Shown here piece after piece: positions 27,808 through 40,800 of a stretch of 64,000 nucleotides of DNA. The stretch is taken from assembly GCA_964561145.1 (NCBI GenBank), contig CAZLNZ010000004.1, positions 27,047-91,046 of the forward strand, in the 5' to 3' direction. Position numbers and translations under genes: made by a program. The DNA comes from an uncultured Christensenellaceae bacterium (GTDB lineage: Bacteria > Bacillota > Clostridia > Christensenellales > CAG-1252). The notes under the pieces are model-generated. The model did not search any database. It was not told where the DNA came from and worked only from the letters and a program-made list of their open reading frames with translations. Each line of letters opens with the position of its first letter. Within the stretch, counting starts at the first letter, position 1.

Positions 27808-30800
27808 ATGATTAAGCTCTTTTTCGGAAACACAATCGAAGGCTGTACAAATGCCATACTTTCCTCAATAAACGGGGATAGACAAGCTATCGTAATCGCG
27901 CCCGATAGTTATTCTTTTGCTATTGAAGCCAATATTTCGAAGTTGGTTGCACGGAGTATGGATATAGAGGTTATGACCTTTGCACGTTTTGCGATGAGAT
28001 TACTTGGAAGTAAAATAAATAAGTGTTTGTCTCCGGAAGGCTGTAACATGATTATGTTAAGGGCAGTTGCCGAATGTGAGAAGGATTTGACTTATTATAA
28101 AGTGTCCTGTGCCAAAGAGGGCTTTGCCAATGAAATATACAGTTCAATAACAGCCATGCGTTCAAGTGGAATAACTGCGGAAAGGCTTTTAAGAACCTCG
28201 GAAGAAATGACCTGTTTTTCAAAGAATAAAACAAGAGATTTGGCGATAATACTAAGTTCATATTTAAGGCTTATGGAAAATAGGTATACCGATCCCATAA
28301 CAAGACTCGAAGCATTATGTCATGAGATTCCGCATAACGAGTATGTAAAAGATACGGATTTTTATATTGTTGACTTTTATGCTTTTAACGACAAGCAATA
28401 TGAGGTTCTTTCTGCTTTAATGAAGTATTCGCATTCTTTTAATATTGGCATCCTTGACGGTGGAGGATTATCTAACTTCAGTGTATTTCCTTTGGATACT
28501 TCAAAAAGGATAGTGGAGCTCGCAAAAGGGGCGGGCACACCTGTACAGCGTATCAATTCCTATAGGGTTTTGGATGAATTTGCTTCCGTTATCAATGAAA
28601 AACTATTCGGAATACCGGATAGCGGTTTTTCGCTAGGTAAGGTGAAGCTTAGACTAATACAAACTCCTTCTCCTCAAGATGAAGCGGACGGTGTTTGCAG
28701 AGAGATTGCAAAACTTGTAAGAGGCGGGTTGAGGTATAAAGATATAGCAGTTGTATCGGGTGACTATGACGATGCAACATTGGAGTCAACTTTTAAGGAC
28801 TATAATATACCCTATTTCTTGGATAGAAAATCTCCTATTACAGATGAGCCGGGTGTAAAACTTATCACAGACAGTGTTCAAGCAGCCGCCAAGAGGTTAG
28901 AGTTTAATGAAATCATGGCGGTTGTCAAAAATCCTTTGTCGGGAATTGCCGATGAAGAGGGAATGCTTTTTGAGAATTATTGTTTAAGGTATGGTATTAA
29001 TTACACAAGATTCTCCTCTCCTTTTGAGCTGGGGACTTTTGAGGAACGTTCTATACCGGAGAAGGTAAGACAAATCGTGACGGAACTTATTCCGAATTTA
29101 CCGGAAGAAGGTGTGGTAGCTGTATATGTTGACCTGATAAGGGAGCATTTGAATAAGATAGACTTCGATTTTAATCTTCAAAGTTTTTTAGATAGAGAAC
29201 TTGAACTTGGTGAAGAGCTTGCAGCCAAAAGAACAGTTCAGCTTCCCGAGAGAATACGGGGAGTTCTAGATATGATGGAGGAACTACTAAATGACTTTAG
29301 TATTAACCTTCAAGGTTTTGCAACTCTTATTTTTAATAGCTTCAACAGTGTAAAGCTTGCTTTGATTCCTTTAAGTTCCGATTGTGTTCACATTGGAAAG
29401 GCGAGAGATTGTAGATTTGAGGAGGAAAAGGTATTTTTCTTTACCTCTTGTGCAGAGGGTAAAATTCCGGAATGTACCGCTGACGGAACGATCTTAAGCG
29501 CAAAATATCATCAAGATTTGCAGATGTACGATATGGTTATAAGACCGAGTGTAAAAGAGGATAATAGGTATGCTAAGTATTCTCTAATACAGCTATTGAA
29601 TACACCGGAACGTATTTACATAAGCTGTCCCGAGAGGGCAAGCGATGGGACGATATGGAATAAATCGGAGATTTTTTCCTCCCTTTCGTCGTTATTCGGC
29701 GTAAGGCTCGAGTATGGTTTTTCCCATGAACTATTTGAACAAGCTGTTACTCAAAAGGAATGTGCTAGAATGGTGTCATATGGATTGAGTCAAGCAGATG
29801 ATAACTTTAACTATTATAGCGGAGTTTACTCTATCCTGGAGGGCGATTATAAGGACAAGATAGCTTTATCCTTAAACCCCTTCTCCGATGATATAGAAGG
29901 CGGAGAGCTTTTCTTTACGATGGGTAATACAAGCGTATCTCAAATTGAAACGTTTTATAGTTGTCCCTATAAATTTTTCTTACGATACGGCTTGAGAGCT
30001 AAGGAAAGAGATGTTCAAGAGGTGCAAGTGAACGAGAGCGGAACTTTTACACACGCAGTTTTAGAGCGACTTCTGGATCGTTACAAGGATAGTATAGATG
30101 AGCTTGATGAAGGACTGATTATATCTGTTGCCAATGAAATAGGTGAACAGCTACTAGCTAGCGACGATAGGTTGAAAGGTCTATTAAAGGGAGAGAGTGA
30201 AAGGAAGATTCTTAATATGAAAAAGAATGCTTGCCTTGTTTGTGTAGAAGTAGTACGCATAATCAAGAAAGGAAAATTCCGTCCTATAGGAACAGAGGTA
30301 AGCTTTGGATTTAAGGAAACCACTTTTAGAGGGGTAGAACTACCGCAAGGTACAAGGATAGTCGGTACTGTCGATAGAATAGACAGTTGTGACGGAAGGG
30401 TTATAGTTATTGACTACAAAACGGGACGGACCGAGCCTGAACTGAAGAGTATATTTTACGGAAAAAAGCTGCAGTTGTATATATACTTGTATGCACTTCG
30501 TCAGGCAGGCTTAAAGCCCTCCGGTGCTTTTTATCAAAAGGTTGAATCGAGATATGCCAAGACCGAGGAAAAGGAGCGTTTCCGTTACGAAGGCTATTTC
30601 ATAGATGACAGTTACTTTTTTACGCTGATGGATCAAGGACTTTTCGAAGAGGATAAAAGCAGTGTCCTGGATCTAGATCTTGGAGCAAAGAACAAGAGTA
30701 AATACGCCCTATCCGAAGATGATTTTTCAAAACTGATTGATTATTCCTATAGAATGGCGGCGAGGGCAGAGGAACTTATCAAGAGCGGATATACAAAGGC

Positions 30801-30903
30801 AACTCCATTGGAACATGCTTGCGACTATTGTCCTATCAAAGGCACATGTAGTAAAGATAAACCGCAAAGAAAGGCTTTGACTAAAAAGGTTGGTGATTTC
30901 TAA
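27808..30903 (+). CDS. addB: Helicase-nuclease AddAB, subunit B
   Basis: RecB-type nuclease motif VDRID...VIDYKTG. Fe-S cysteines SCPYKF ... CDYCPIKGTC. Position immediately upstream of addA. Confidence 0.9.
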   Translation: MIKLFFGNTIEGCTNAILSSINGDRQAIVIAPDSYSFAIEANISKLVARSMDIEVMTFARFAMRLLGSKINKCLSPEGCNMIMLRAVAECEKDLTYYKVSCAKEGFANEIYSSITAMRSSGITAERLLRTSEEMTCFSKNKTRDLAIILSSYLRLMENRYTDPITRLEALCHEIPHNEYVKDTDFYIVDFYAFNDKQYEVLSALMKYSHSFNIGILDGGGLSNFSVFPLDTSKRIVELAKGAGTPVQRINSYRVLDEFASVINEKLFGIPDSGFSLGKVKLRLIQTPSPQDEADGVCREIAKLVRGGLRYKDIAVVSGDYDDATLESTFKDYNIPYFLDRKSPITDEPGVKLITDSVQAAAKRLEFNEIMAVVKNPLSGIADEEGMLFENYCLRYGINYTRFSSPFELGTFEERSIPEKVRQIVTELIPNLPEEGVVAVYVDLIREHLNKIDFDFNLQSFLDRELELGEELAAKRTVQLPERIRGVLDMMEELLNDFSINLQGFATLIFNSFNSVKLALIPLSSDCVHIGKARDCRFEEEKVFFFTSCAEGKIPECTADGTILSAKYHQDLQMYDMVIRPSVKEDNRYAKYSLIQLLNTPERIYISCPERASDGTIWNKSEIFSSLSSLFGVRLEYGFSHELFEQAVTQKECARMVSYGLSQADDNFNYYSGVYSILEGDYKDKIALSLNPFSDDIEGGELFFTMGNTSVSQIETFYSCPYKFFLRYGLRAKERDVQEVQVNESGTFTHAVLERLLDRYKDSIDELDEGLIISVANEIGEQLLASDDRLKGLLKGESERKILNMKKNACLVCVEVVRIIKKGKFRPIGTEVSFGFKETTFRGVELPQGTRIVGTVDRIDSCDGRVIVIDYKTGRTEPELKSIFYGKKLQLYIYLYALRQAGLKPSGAFYQKVESRYAKTEEKERFRYEGYFIDDSYFFTLMDQGLFEEDKSSVLDLDLGAKNKSKYALSEDDFSKLIDYSYRMAARAEELIKSGYTKATPLEHACDYCPIKGTCSKDKPQRKALTKKVGDF

Positions 30904-33900
30904 TGGGTTGGACAATAGAACAGCAAAAAGCCATAGACTTTAAGGGCAATTTGATAGTTAGTGCATCGGCAGGCTCAGGAAAAACCTCGACCATGATAGC
31001 ACGTGCGATTCGTCTTATAACCAAGGAAAGGGTCCCTGTAGAGAGGATAATGCTTTTAGCTTATAATAATGCTGCTGCGCTTGAATTAAGGGAAAAGCTT
31101 CGACAAGGCTTATTGAATTACGGAAAGGAAAACCCTTTTGAAGGAATGTACATAAGAGAGCAGCTTGATAATTTGTACTTAGCAGATATAAGCACTATTC
31201 ATGGTTTTTGTTTTAAGCTTATACGAGAATTTTTCGAAGAAGCCGGTGCCTCTCCGTCAATAGCGGTCCAATCTCAAGAGGAAGAGAGTGAGAATATAGC
31301 CAAGGCTGCAAAGAACACCCTTGCAATTGTTGAAAAAGATGCTGAAATACGCACTTTAATGAATAAGTATTCTTTGAAAAATGACGACTCCTTTATAAAC
31401 TCTATAATTACTTTGTACAATTATACAACCACACAAGCTGATAGAGAGGGCTTTTTAAGAGCATGCGAGGAAGCGTATCTTGTACCGCTTGAGGAAAGTC
31501 GGACAGTCAAGTATTTCATTGGTTATTATCGGGATATGGCAATGAAATATACAGACTATTTCAAAGAAATACTTTTGTTTGTTCAGGAATATGAAAAGGA
31601 TTCAATCCCGTTTGTTTCAAATATTTATGAGATAGTCGAAAGGTGTAGTAGGGTATCTAACTTAAAGGAGTACTGTACATTAGTGCTAAATCCTCCTTCC
31701 TTTGGTCGTGCAAAGAAGGGTGAAATGGACCCGCTACTATACAATAAGATTATCGCTGCAAGGGATTCCTTTAAGAGTCATTATCTTACAAAACTAAAGA
31801 GCTTTCCTTCATATGCCGAACTAGAGGAGGGGCATAGGCTGGCAGCCGATCATGTCAGACTACTTCTTAAGGCTGTTAGGGTATTTGAAAGGGAGTATGA
31901 TAAACTAAAGGCTGAACAGAATAGAATTGACTTTCAGGATATGGAGCGTTATGCCGTAAAGCTGTTATCTGATGAAGGGCTTAAGGCAGAGATTCGTGAC
32001 CGTCATGATTATGTATTCGTCGACGAGTATCAGGACGCCAATGCGGTACAGGAAAGTATAATAACTTCGATTACAAAGGAAGGACGACTTTTCTTGGTAG
32101 GAGATGTCAAGCAAAGCATCTATCGTTTTCGTCTAGCCGAGCCCAAGATTTTCCTTAAGACATATGAGGAATGGCGTAAGGCGGGGAACGCTCTTAGCTT
32201 TAATAATAACTTCCGTTCCGACTGCGGAATTTTGTCCTTTGTTAATAACTTATTTGAGAATATAATGATTCCCTCTTTTGGAGGTATTAATTATAAAGAT
32301 GACGGAGCCTTTATTATTTCTGAAAACAAAGCAACGGGAAATATACCAGCTGTTAGTATTCTTTCATATCCTCAAGCCGCACTTACCGCAATGAAACTTG
32401 CCGCAAAGGATGAGAGGGAAAGCAGAACTGACAATCTATATATCGATGATAATGGAAACACCGTTTATGATATATCTCAAAATATAGAAGTCGAGCTTGA
32501 TGAGGATTACAACGAGGCAAGCATAGTGCTGGATTATATAAACAGCGTAAGAGGAAAAGAGGTGATTGTAAAAGGCAATAGAATAGTCGTTGACTATAAA
32601 CATATAGCAATTCTTTTCCAAAAGAGGGGAGATGCTAAGGTAATACTGTCTGCATTGGCGGCAAAAGGAATCCCCCTTAATTTAGGTTCCTTTGAAGGTA
32701 ATATAGGAGAGGTACAACTCAATGTATTAATTGATTATCTATCGGTGATTGATAATATTTACGATGATTATTCGTTGATAACATCATTGCACTCATTTAT
32801 AGGAGGTTTTTCCAACAATGAGCTAAAGTCTATAAGGCTTAAATACTTAAATAAAATGAGTTTTGCAGAGGTCTGTTTAAAGTATTCTAGGGAGCAAGAT
32901 ACCGAGTTGGCAAAAAAACTTAGAAGTTTTTTCAACAAGGTAGAAGCTTTTAGATTCAAAGCCTCTTTTACGGAACTATCTACATTTATCAAAGAGGTGA
33001 TGGAAGAGAGCGGTTATGCAACATATGTTGTCTCTCTTGAGAACGGCATTAATATAATATCTGCACTCAATGGATATATCAAGGGGTTAAAGGGAAAAAC
33101 ATATGCACGTAATCTATCGGGGTATCTGAAGCACTTTAGAGAAAACGAACCGCCCGAATTAAAGGCACTGAGTTCTGTAGAAAACGGCATAGTAATTAGT
33201 ACATTACATGGAAGTAAAGGCTTAGAGTATCCTATTGTAATATTAGCAGAACTTGATAAGACCTCAGGCGGCGGAAATATGCAGAGTATATTGACAGACA
33301 GAGATTTGGGTGTGGGTTTCGATTTCTTTAAGGATGAAGGAAGGCAGAAACTTGCGACAATCGATAAAATGGCAATAGGATTGAAAAAGCGACTTGATGA
33401 GAAAATGGACAAGTTGAGACTTTTTTATGTTGCCACGACCAGACCTCAATCAGCACTTTGTATTATATGCGATGTCAACAAGGAATCCCCGTTTTCAGTC
33501 GAAGAGTGCAATTGTATGGGGGATTACGTACGTCTTGCTATTAGTAAGAACGAAGAATTAAAAAAGGTGATTCGTTATGTTTCTCCCGAAAAGATAGAGC
33601 CGGAAGAAAGGCGAAGGGAATTAACAATTACAGATATTGATTGCCCCGAAGAGGTTTTAGAGGTATTGTCATATAAGTATCCTTATTTAGAGGCAACTAA
33701 AACAGCTAGAAAATATACGGTTTCCTCTCTTAACAATGAAGATTTAGGCTATACCTTGAGTCCTGTAAGTGTTGAAGAGGAGAGAAACGTATTAGGTACC
33801 GCTCATCATGCAGTAATGCAGTACATAGATCTATATGCTGACAGCGAAGAGGAAGTTAAAGCGGAAATAGAGAGAATGTGTTTAAGCGGTTTAATAGACG

Positions 33901-34271
33901 ACGAAACTGCAAAGAGTATAGATATAGACGAGATTTTAGGCTGTTTAAAGTCACCTGTAATTGCAGAAGCCAGGGTATCCGATTGTTATAGAGAAAGACG
34001 ATTTGTATTAAGGAAGAGTGCAAGAGAACTTGGCATATCAGATACGGATGAGAACGTTTTAGTTCAAGGAACAGTTGATATGCTTATAGTTGGAGAGCGT
34101 ATTATAGTAGTTGATTTTAAGAGAAGCAAGTTATCGGATGCAAAGCTAAAAGAACGCTATTCAACGCAATTAAAGCTATACGGCGAGGCGGTAAAGTCAA
34201 CCTTTGGTAGGTATCCCGATAAGCTTTTACTGTACGTGCTTGGAAGAAATAGTATAGTCGAAATCGACTAA
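30903..34271 (+). CDS. addA: Helicase-nuclease AddAB, subunit A (UvrD/Rep-type helicase plus RecB nuclease)
   Basis: ASAGSGKT, VDEYQD, TLHGSKGLEYP, C-terminal GTVDMLI...VVDFK. TAATG overlap with addB. Confidence 0.93.
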   Translation: MGWTIEQQKAIDFKGNLIVSASAGSGKTSTMIARAIRLITKERVPVERIMLLAYNNAAALELREKLRQGLLNYGKENPFEGMYIREQLDNLYLADISTIHGFCFKLIREFFEEAGASPSIAVQSQEEESENIAKAAKNTLAIVEKDAEIRTLMNKYSLKNDDSFINSIITLYNYTTTQADREGFLRACEEAYLVPLEESRTVKYFIGYYRDMAMKYTDYFKEILLFVQEYEKDSIPFVSNIYEIVERCSRVSNLKEYCTLVLNPPSFGRAKKGEMDPLLYNKIIAARDSFKSHYLTKLKSFPSYAELEEGHRLAADHVRLLLKAVRVFEREYDKLKAEQNRIDFQDMERYAVKLLSDEGLKAEIRDRHDYVFVDEYQDANAVQESIITSITKEGRLFLVGDVKQSIYRFRLAEPKIFLKTYEEWRKAGNALSFNNNFRSDCGILSFVNNLFENIMIPSFGGINYKDDGAFIISENKATGNIPAVSILSYPQAALTAMKLAAKDERESRTDNLYIDDNGNTVYDISQNIEVELDEDYNEASIVLDYINSVRGKEVIVKGNRIVVDYKHIAILFQKRGDAKVILSALAAKGIPLNLGSFEGNIGEVQLNVLIDYLSVIDNIYDDYSLITSLHSFIGGFSNNELKSIRLKYLNKMSFAEVCLKYSREQDTELAKKLRSFFNKVEAFRFKASFTELSTFIKEVMEESGYATYVVSLENGINIISALNGYIKGLKGKTYARNLSGYLKHFRENEPPELKALSSVENGIVISTLHGSKGLEYPIVILAELDKTSGGGNMQSILTDRDLGVGFDFFKDEGRQKLATIDKMAIGLKKRLDEKMDKLRLFYVATTRPQSALCIICDVNKESPFSVEECNCMGDYVRLAISKNEELKKVIRYVSPEKIEPEERRRELTITDIDCPEEVLEVLSYKYPYLEATKTARKYTVSSLNNEDLGYTLSPVSVEEERNVLGTAHHAVMQYIDLYADSEEEVKAEIERMCLSGLIDDETAKSIDIDEILGCLKSPVIAEARVSDCYRERRFVLRKSARELGISDTDENVLVQGTVDMLIVGERIIVVDFKRSKLSDAKLKERYSTQLKLYGEAVKSTFGRYPDKLLLYVLGRNSIVEID

Positions 34272-34524
34272 AGAAGTATTGTTCTAAGGTGATATTTGCT
34301 TTTAGCGAAGCAATATTTGCGAACTTTGAGCTATATTTTTGCGTGGCGGTGTATGTGTTATCGGTGAGTTGAGTCTTACTACCGCAAGTGTTCGCATTTT
34401 CATTTTAAGGCAGGCGACAAGACTTACGCTGCATCCTTAAAAAGGTTGCAAGTAACGTAAAAGGAAATGTTTTATGTAGACTTTTTATTAATTCTTGTTA
34501 TTTTCTAGAAAGCATACATCTAAA

Positions 34525-34606
34525 AGTCATACTGAGCGGAAGAAATTGGTACCAATTTCTGTAGTCGAACCCTGAAAGGGTGATGTGCAACATCGGTATC
34601 TCGTCA
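34525..34606 (+). repeat. Three-hairpin structured element, copy 4
   Basis: AGTCATACTGAGCG box. Hairpins AGAAATTGG/CCAATTTCT, CCCT/AGGG and GATGT/ACATC. 3' box GGTATCTCGTC. Confidence 0.6.
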
Positions 34607-34864
34607 TTTTTTATACCTACGGATACAAATATTCTTGAACTTTTGCATTTATCGATGCTGAATCCATTTTCTGTGGTGTTTCGATCCCAAAAAAACTAAT
34701 TATTTTTAATGTAAAGGTTGATATATTCACTATTTTATTCTATAATTAAAATATCGTAAATGATCAATAATGCCATCGTCTGTCTTCTCGGGTGAAAATC
34801 ATTATGGCATTACTTCGTGCTTCATATACAATAGAGAACCTTATATGGGAAAAGGAGTCAATTG

Positions 34865-37800
34865 GTGAACGTGAAAAAGGCATTGGGTTTTGTAGGGTTG
34901 ATAATTATACTGCTGGCTATTCTGTCGGTTTCTTTGATTTTTGTTGGTTGTAATAGTGATGTTTTAGTTACGGTTCATACAGATCAGTTCGGCGATATTG
35001 CGTGGAATGCATCAAAAGAATCTTTTGATTCCTTTATTATTACCCTAGGAAAAGTTGAGAATTTCAGACCGATATATTATTTTGATTCAGATTATTCAGT
35101 TAGAGCTGATGTTAATGTATTAACTGCAGATAAGCTTAAAAAGGCAGATTGCAAAGATGTTTATATAAAGTGGGTTATTTGTGAACATACAAGTGCACAG
35201 AATATGAGCAACGGTGTTGATGCAACCTGCTCTACAGAGGGAAAAGCCCCCGATTACCTATGTCCTACATGCGGACATGTTGAGATAGGGGAAAGTATAC
35301 CCTGTATTCCGCATACTTATATTGAATATAAATACCGTGCTGCAAGCTGTACCGAAGATGGTCAGATGGCTCATAAAGAATGTACGATTTGCCATTATCT
35401 TACCGATGGGCAAAAGCAATTAAACGTTGATGATATAATAATTGAAAAGCTCCCCCACATAGAAAGTGACTGGATTGTAGATTATGATTCAACTTGTACA
35501 AAAATAGGAAATAAGCACAAAGAATGTACAATTTGTAATTTTATTATTAAAAATGAAGTTATTCTCGCTAAGGATCATGATTTAATACTTCATTCTGCTA
35601 AAGGAGCCACATGCACTGAGATTGGTTGGAATGAATATGACAATTGTTCCAGATGCAGTTATACGACTTATGTTGAAATATCTGCAAAAGGACACAATAC
35701 CCTTCGTCACGAAGGAAAACATGCTACATGCGATTCTGACGGCTATGAGTCATACGATTATTGTGTAAATCCGGGGTGTGTATATTCTACAAAGGTCGTA
35801 ATTCCCGCACTTGGGCATGATACTATTAATCACGAGGCACAAGAAGCTACTTGTTTGAGTATTGGCTGGAATAAGTATGAAACTTGCTCACGGTGTAGCT
35901 ACACAACATATCAAGAGATAGCAGCCTTCGGGCACGAGATGATTCACCATGATGCTAAGAAGGAAACTTGCACGGAGATTGGCTGGGAAGAATATGATGG
36001 TTGTACTAGATGTGATTATAAGATAGGCTACAATGAAATACAGCCTCATCATACTATTGTTGAAGTTTCTGCAAGGTTCCCTACTTGTATCGATCCGGGA
36101 TATAACGTATATGAGAAATGCACTGAGTGTGATTATTCTACGCTAGTTATTATTGCCGCTCTCGGTCACGATGATGGTGTGTGGGTAACCGATATCCAAC
36201 CTACTTGTACCGATGTCGGAAGTGAAGATAGAAAGTGTACTCGTTGTCAGCATATCTTAGAAACAAGAGAAGTTAATGCCTTAGGTCATGACGTGATATA
36301 CCACAAAGCACAGGATGCGACTTGTCTTGAGATCGGCTGGTATGAATACGATACATGTTCAAGGTGTAATTATACGACCTATGTTGTAATTCCCGCATTA
36401 GAACATGATCTCGTATACGTTGATAAAAAGGAGCCTAAATGCTACGAGCCTGGGCATAATGCCTTTGAGTATTGCAACCGTTGTAGTTATACAACGTATG
36501 AGGAATTAACTATAGATCACTCTATAATCCACCACGAGGGCAAAAGTGCAACTTGTTTAGATAAAGGTTGGTATGATTATGATACTTGCTCAAGAGTGGA
36601 TTGTAAGTATTCGACCTATGTCGAAATCCCTGCGATTGGTCACGATAACGGAAAGTGGATAGTAGACTATGATCCCACTTGCACGGAAAAGGGCTCTAAA
36701 CATAAAATATGCACAAGGTGTGAGTCTCCTCTGGAACACGCATTTATTGATTCTCTAGGTCACGAGATTGTACACCATGCAGCACAAAATGCCACTTGCA
36801 TAGACATTGGTTGGTACGCATATGATACCTGCTCAAGGTGTGATTATAGTACATACGAGGAAATAGGTGCCCTAGGTCATGATGATGGAGTTTGGGCAAC
36901 TGAAATTCAACCTACTTGTATAGAAAATGGAAGAGAAGCTCGAAAGTGTGTCCGCTGTCAGTATGTCTTAGAAACAAGAGAAGTTAATGCCTTAGGTCAT
37001 GATACGATACACCACACAGCTCAAGATGCTACTTGTTTAGAAGTTGGTTGGTACGCATATGATACTTGCTCAAGGTGTGATTATAGTACATACGAGGAAA
37101 TAAGTGCCATGGGGCACAATGATGGAGTGTGGGTAACCAAAATTCAACCTACGTGTACGCGAAATGGAAGCGAGGTTAGAAAGTGTACCCGCTGTCAATA
37201 TATAATAGAAACTAGAAAAATAGACGCCTTAGGTCACGACACTATCCACCATGCAGCACAAGATGCTACTTGCCTTGAGGTTGGTTGGTATGAATACGAT
37301 ACCTGTTCAAGATGTAATTATAGTACATACGAGGAAATAGATGCCTTGGGTCATAGCTATGTAGATTGCATATGCACTAGATGTTCCTTGGAAAACCATA
37401 TTAACAGTGGTGAATTATGCCGTCATGATAAATATATCTATTTCGGCACATATCCTCAGAGCGAAGTTAAAGACTCCTCTTTAATTGCGGTTTTAACATC
37501 ACAAGCAGGAGTTCTCCCTACAGAAAATAATTCAGCTAATTGGACAAGCTACGGTTATTACATAGAGGGGAAAATAAGCAACTATATGTGGTATATTGAT
37601 ATATCCTATAGTAGTGAAACCTATAGAGGTGTGTATTTTACATCTTATCGTCCGGAAAAGACAAACTATTCAAGTTCCTCTGATTATAGCTATCAGGATG
37701 ACAATGGGTATTTAGTATCCACAGTCTATTGGTTTAGGTATGAGCCTATCAAGTGGAGAGTCTTGAGCGAGTCAAACGGAGAAGCCTTGGTTCTTTCTGA

Positions 37801-40800
37801 AATGATCATTGATTCTCGTGACTATTATGATAATGATAAAGATCGTACTATAGACGGAGCAACAGTGTATGCAAATAACTATGCTTACAGTAATATACGA
37901 GCATTTTTGAATAATACCTTCTACAACGTAGCTTTTTCATCACTTCAAAAGGAATTGATATTGTTAACTGACATTGATAATAGTGCTAGAAGTTCATATG
38001 AAATTGAACCTGGCTTTGAAAATGATAGTGAATGTGTCAATAGCTATGCATGTAACAACACTTCAGACCATGTATTCTTTTTAAGTACATTTGAGGTATC
38101 AAATCCAGATTACGGATTTGGTGGTGAAGAAGATATCGATTTGATTAGAGCTGCTACTGATTATGCACAGTGTCAAGGTGCTCATATAACGGAAAATGAC
38201 GAAGAGTACTTTTCCGGTTGGTGGTGGCTACGTTCACCTGCAAATTACAAGTATGACGGTGCAAGGGGTGTTAATTATTGTGGTAGTCGGTCTTACTGCT
38301 ACTATCTATATAGTGCTGATGTGGGTGTTGTTCCGGCTTTGCGAATTCATCTTACAGACTGTATTGAGAATGGGCATGAACCTAATGAGAAATGTATTTG
38401 TACAAAGTGCGGAGATACGGTACATGACCTTATACGCCACGAAGCAAAAGGTGCAACTTGCCTTGACGTTGGTTGGTATGAGTACGATACCTGTTCAAGA
38501 TGTAATTATAGTACATATCAAGAAATTGCGGCACTAGGACATGATTATGTAGACTGCATATGTGCTAGGTGTTCATTGGAAACTCATATTAACGATGGGA
38601 AATTCTGCCGCCATGATGATTATATTTACTTTGGTTTATATCCACAAAGTGAAGTAACTGATGAGAACTTAACAAGCGTATTAACCGCTCAAGCAGGTGC
38701 CTTACCCACAGAAAATAACCCAGCTAATTGGACAAGTTATGGTTATTACATAGAGAACGAGATTACCGATTTTATGTGGTACATTGACTTAACCTATGGT
38801 TGTGAAACCTACAGAGGTGTATATTTTACATCATACCGTCCTTCTTATCATTCAGTTTCAAGTATTGAGACTAACAGTTATCAGGATGAAAACGGTTATA
38901 GTTTATCAACAGTGTATTGGTTTAAATATGAACCTGTTAAGTGGAGAATATTAAATGAGAATAACGGAGTTGCGTTAATTCTTTGTGAATTAATAATTGA
39001 CAGCCAAGCTTTTTATGATAATTTGAGTGGTAGAACTATAGACGGTAGTACGGTATACGCAAACAACTATGCATATAGTAGTATTCGCACCTTCTTAAAC
39101 GATACTTTCTACAACACATCATTTACAGCACTTCAGAAAGAATTGATATTATTGACAGAGGTGGATAATACTGCAAGGGGCACTAACCTTGATACTAATA
39201 GTTCCTATTGGAATAGTGGCAAAAATACGTATGCTTGTGGAAATACAAACGATTATTTATTCCTGTTAAGCAGTAGAGAAATGACGACCAAGGCAAATGG
39301 ATTTATTGCAACTACCGGAGTTTCCACTACCAGACAAAAGAAAATGACAGACTACGCCCTATCACAAGGATTAGCTGTAAGTACAGAGAGCTCTTATATT
39401 GGTTGTGCCAATTGGTTGATCCGTTCTCCCGATTTTGATAGTGGTGCGAAGATTCGTTTTGTTCAATATAGCGGACACGATTACTATAACGATCTTGCAG
39501 CAACGGACTATACTGCGTGTGGTATAGTCCCTGCATTAAGAATAAAACTATCTGATTCCTTCGGTATTGAGCATACTACAAATTCTAACTGTGTTTGTGC
39601 CGCGTGCGGAACTGTATTGCATTGCTTGATTTATCATTCTGCCAAGGCAGCCACCTGTACCGAGATTGGTTGGAACGAGTATATGACTTGTACACGTTGT
39701 AGCTATACAACTTATAAGGAAATTCCCGCGTTAGACCATGATTATATTATCCATGCGGCTGTTTCTCCAACCTGCACCGAAATTGGTTGGAAAGAGTTTG
39801 CTACCTGTTCTCGATGTAATTATTCAACATATCAAGAGCTATCCCCTTTAGGCGGAAAGCATTTATACGAGCTAGGTATTTGTAGTAAGTGCGGTGTAAA
39901 CGCTTACACTCGAGATGGTGATTATATCTACTTCGGAACATATCCTCAAAGCGAAGTGACTGATACCACACTTACAACATTTCTTACTTCATCAGCAGGA
40001 AGTTTGCCAACAGCTAGCAATTCCGCTAATTGGACAAGTTATAAGTATTACATTTCCACAAACGTTAAGGATTACATGTGGTATATTGACTTGAACCACA
40101 ATGGTGACCAATACAGGGGAGTGTACTTTACCTCTTACCGTCCATATTGGACAATGGGTACCAGTTCTTTAGCTAATAGCTATCAGGATGACAATGGCTA
40201 CAGTATATCCACAGTGTATTGGTTTAAGTACGAGCCTATTAAATGGCGTATTCTTTCCGAGAGTGATGGAATAGCACTAATGCTTTGCGAAATGATAATA
40301 GATAGTCAAGAGTATTATCATACTACCAGCAATCGTACAATCGATGGTTCTACAATATATGCTAACAACTATGCGTATAGTAATATTCGCACCTTCTTGA
40401 ATGAAAATTTTTATAATACCGCCTTTAGTTCATTACAAAAGGAATTAATATTATTTACGAAAATCGATAATAGTGAAAGAAGTACAAATCCGGATAATAA
40501 CCCGTCAGAATGGAATGGTGGTACAAATAAGTATGCGTGTTCTAACACTAATGATCATATATTCCTACTGAGCGAGCAAGAGGTTACAACTGAGGCATAT
40601 GGCTTTAGTGCGGATTATAGTGCGGCTGATATCCAAAGACAAAAGAAAACCACGGCTTATGCTAGGTGCCAAGGGGCACTTACGAATGCATCGAGCGGTT
40701 ATGAACAAAATGGCTGGTGGTGGCTACGTTTCCCATATTACGATAGCAACTATAACGCACGTCGTACTAACTATTACGGTTACGCAGGTATTGGCAGTAA

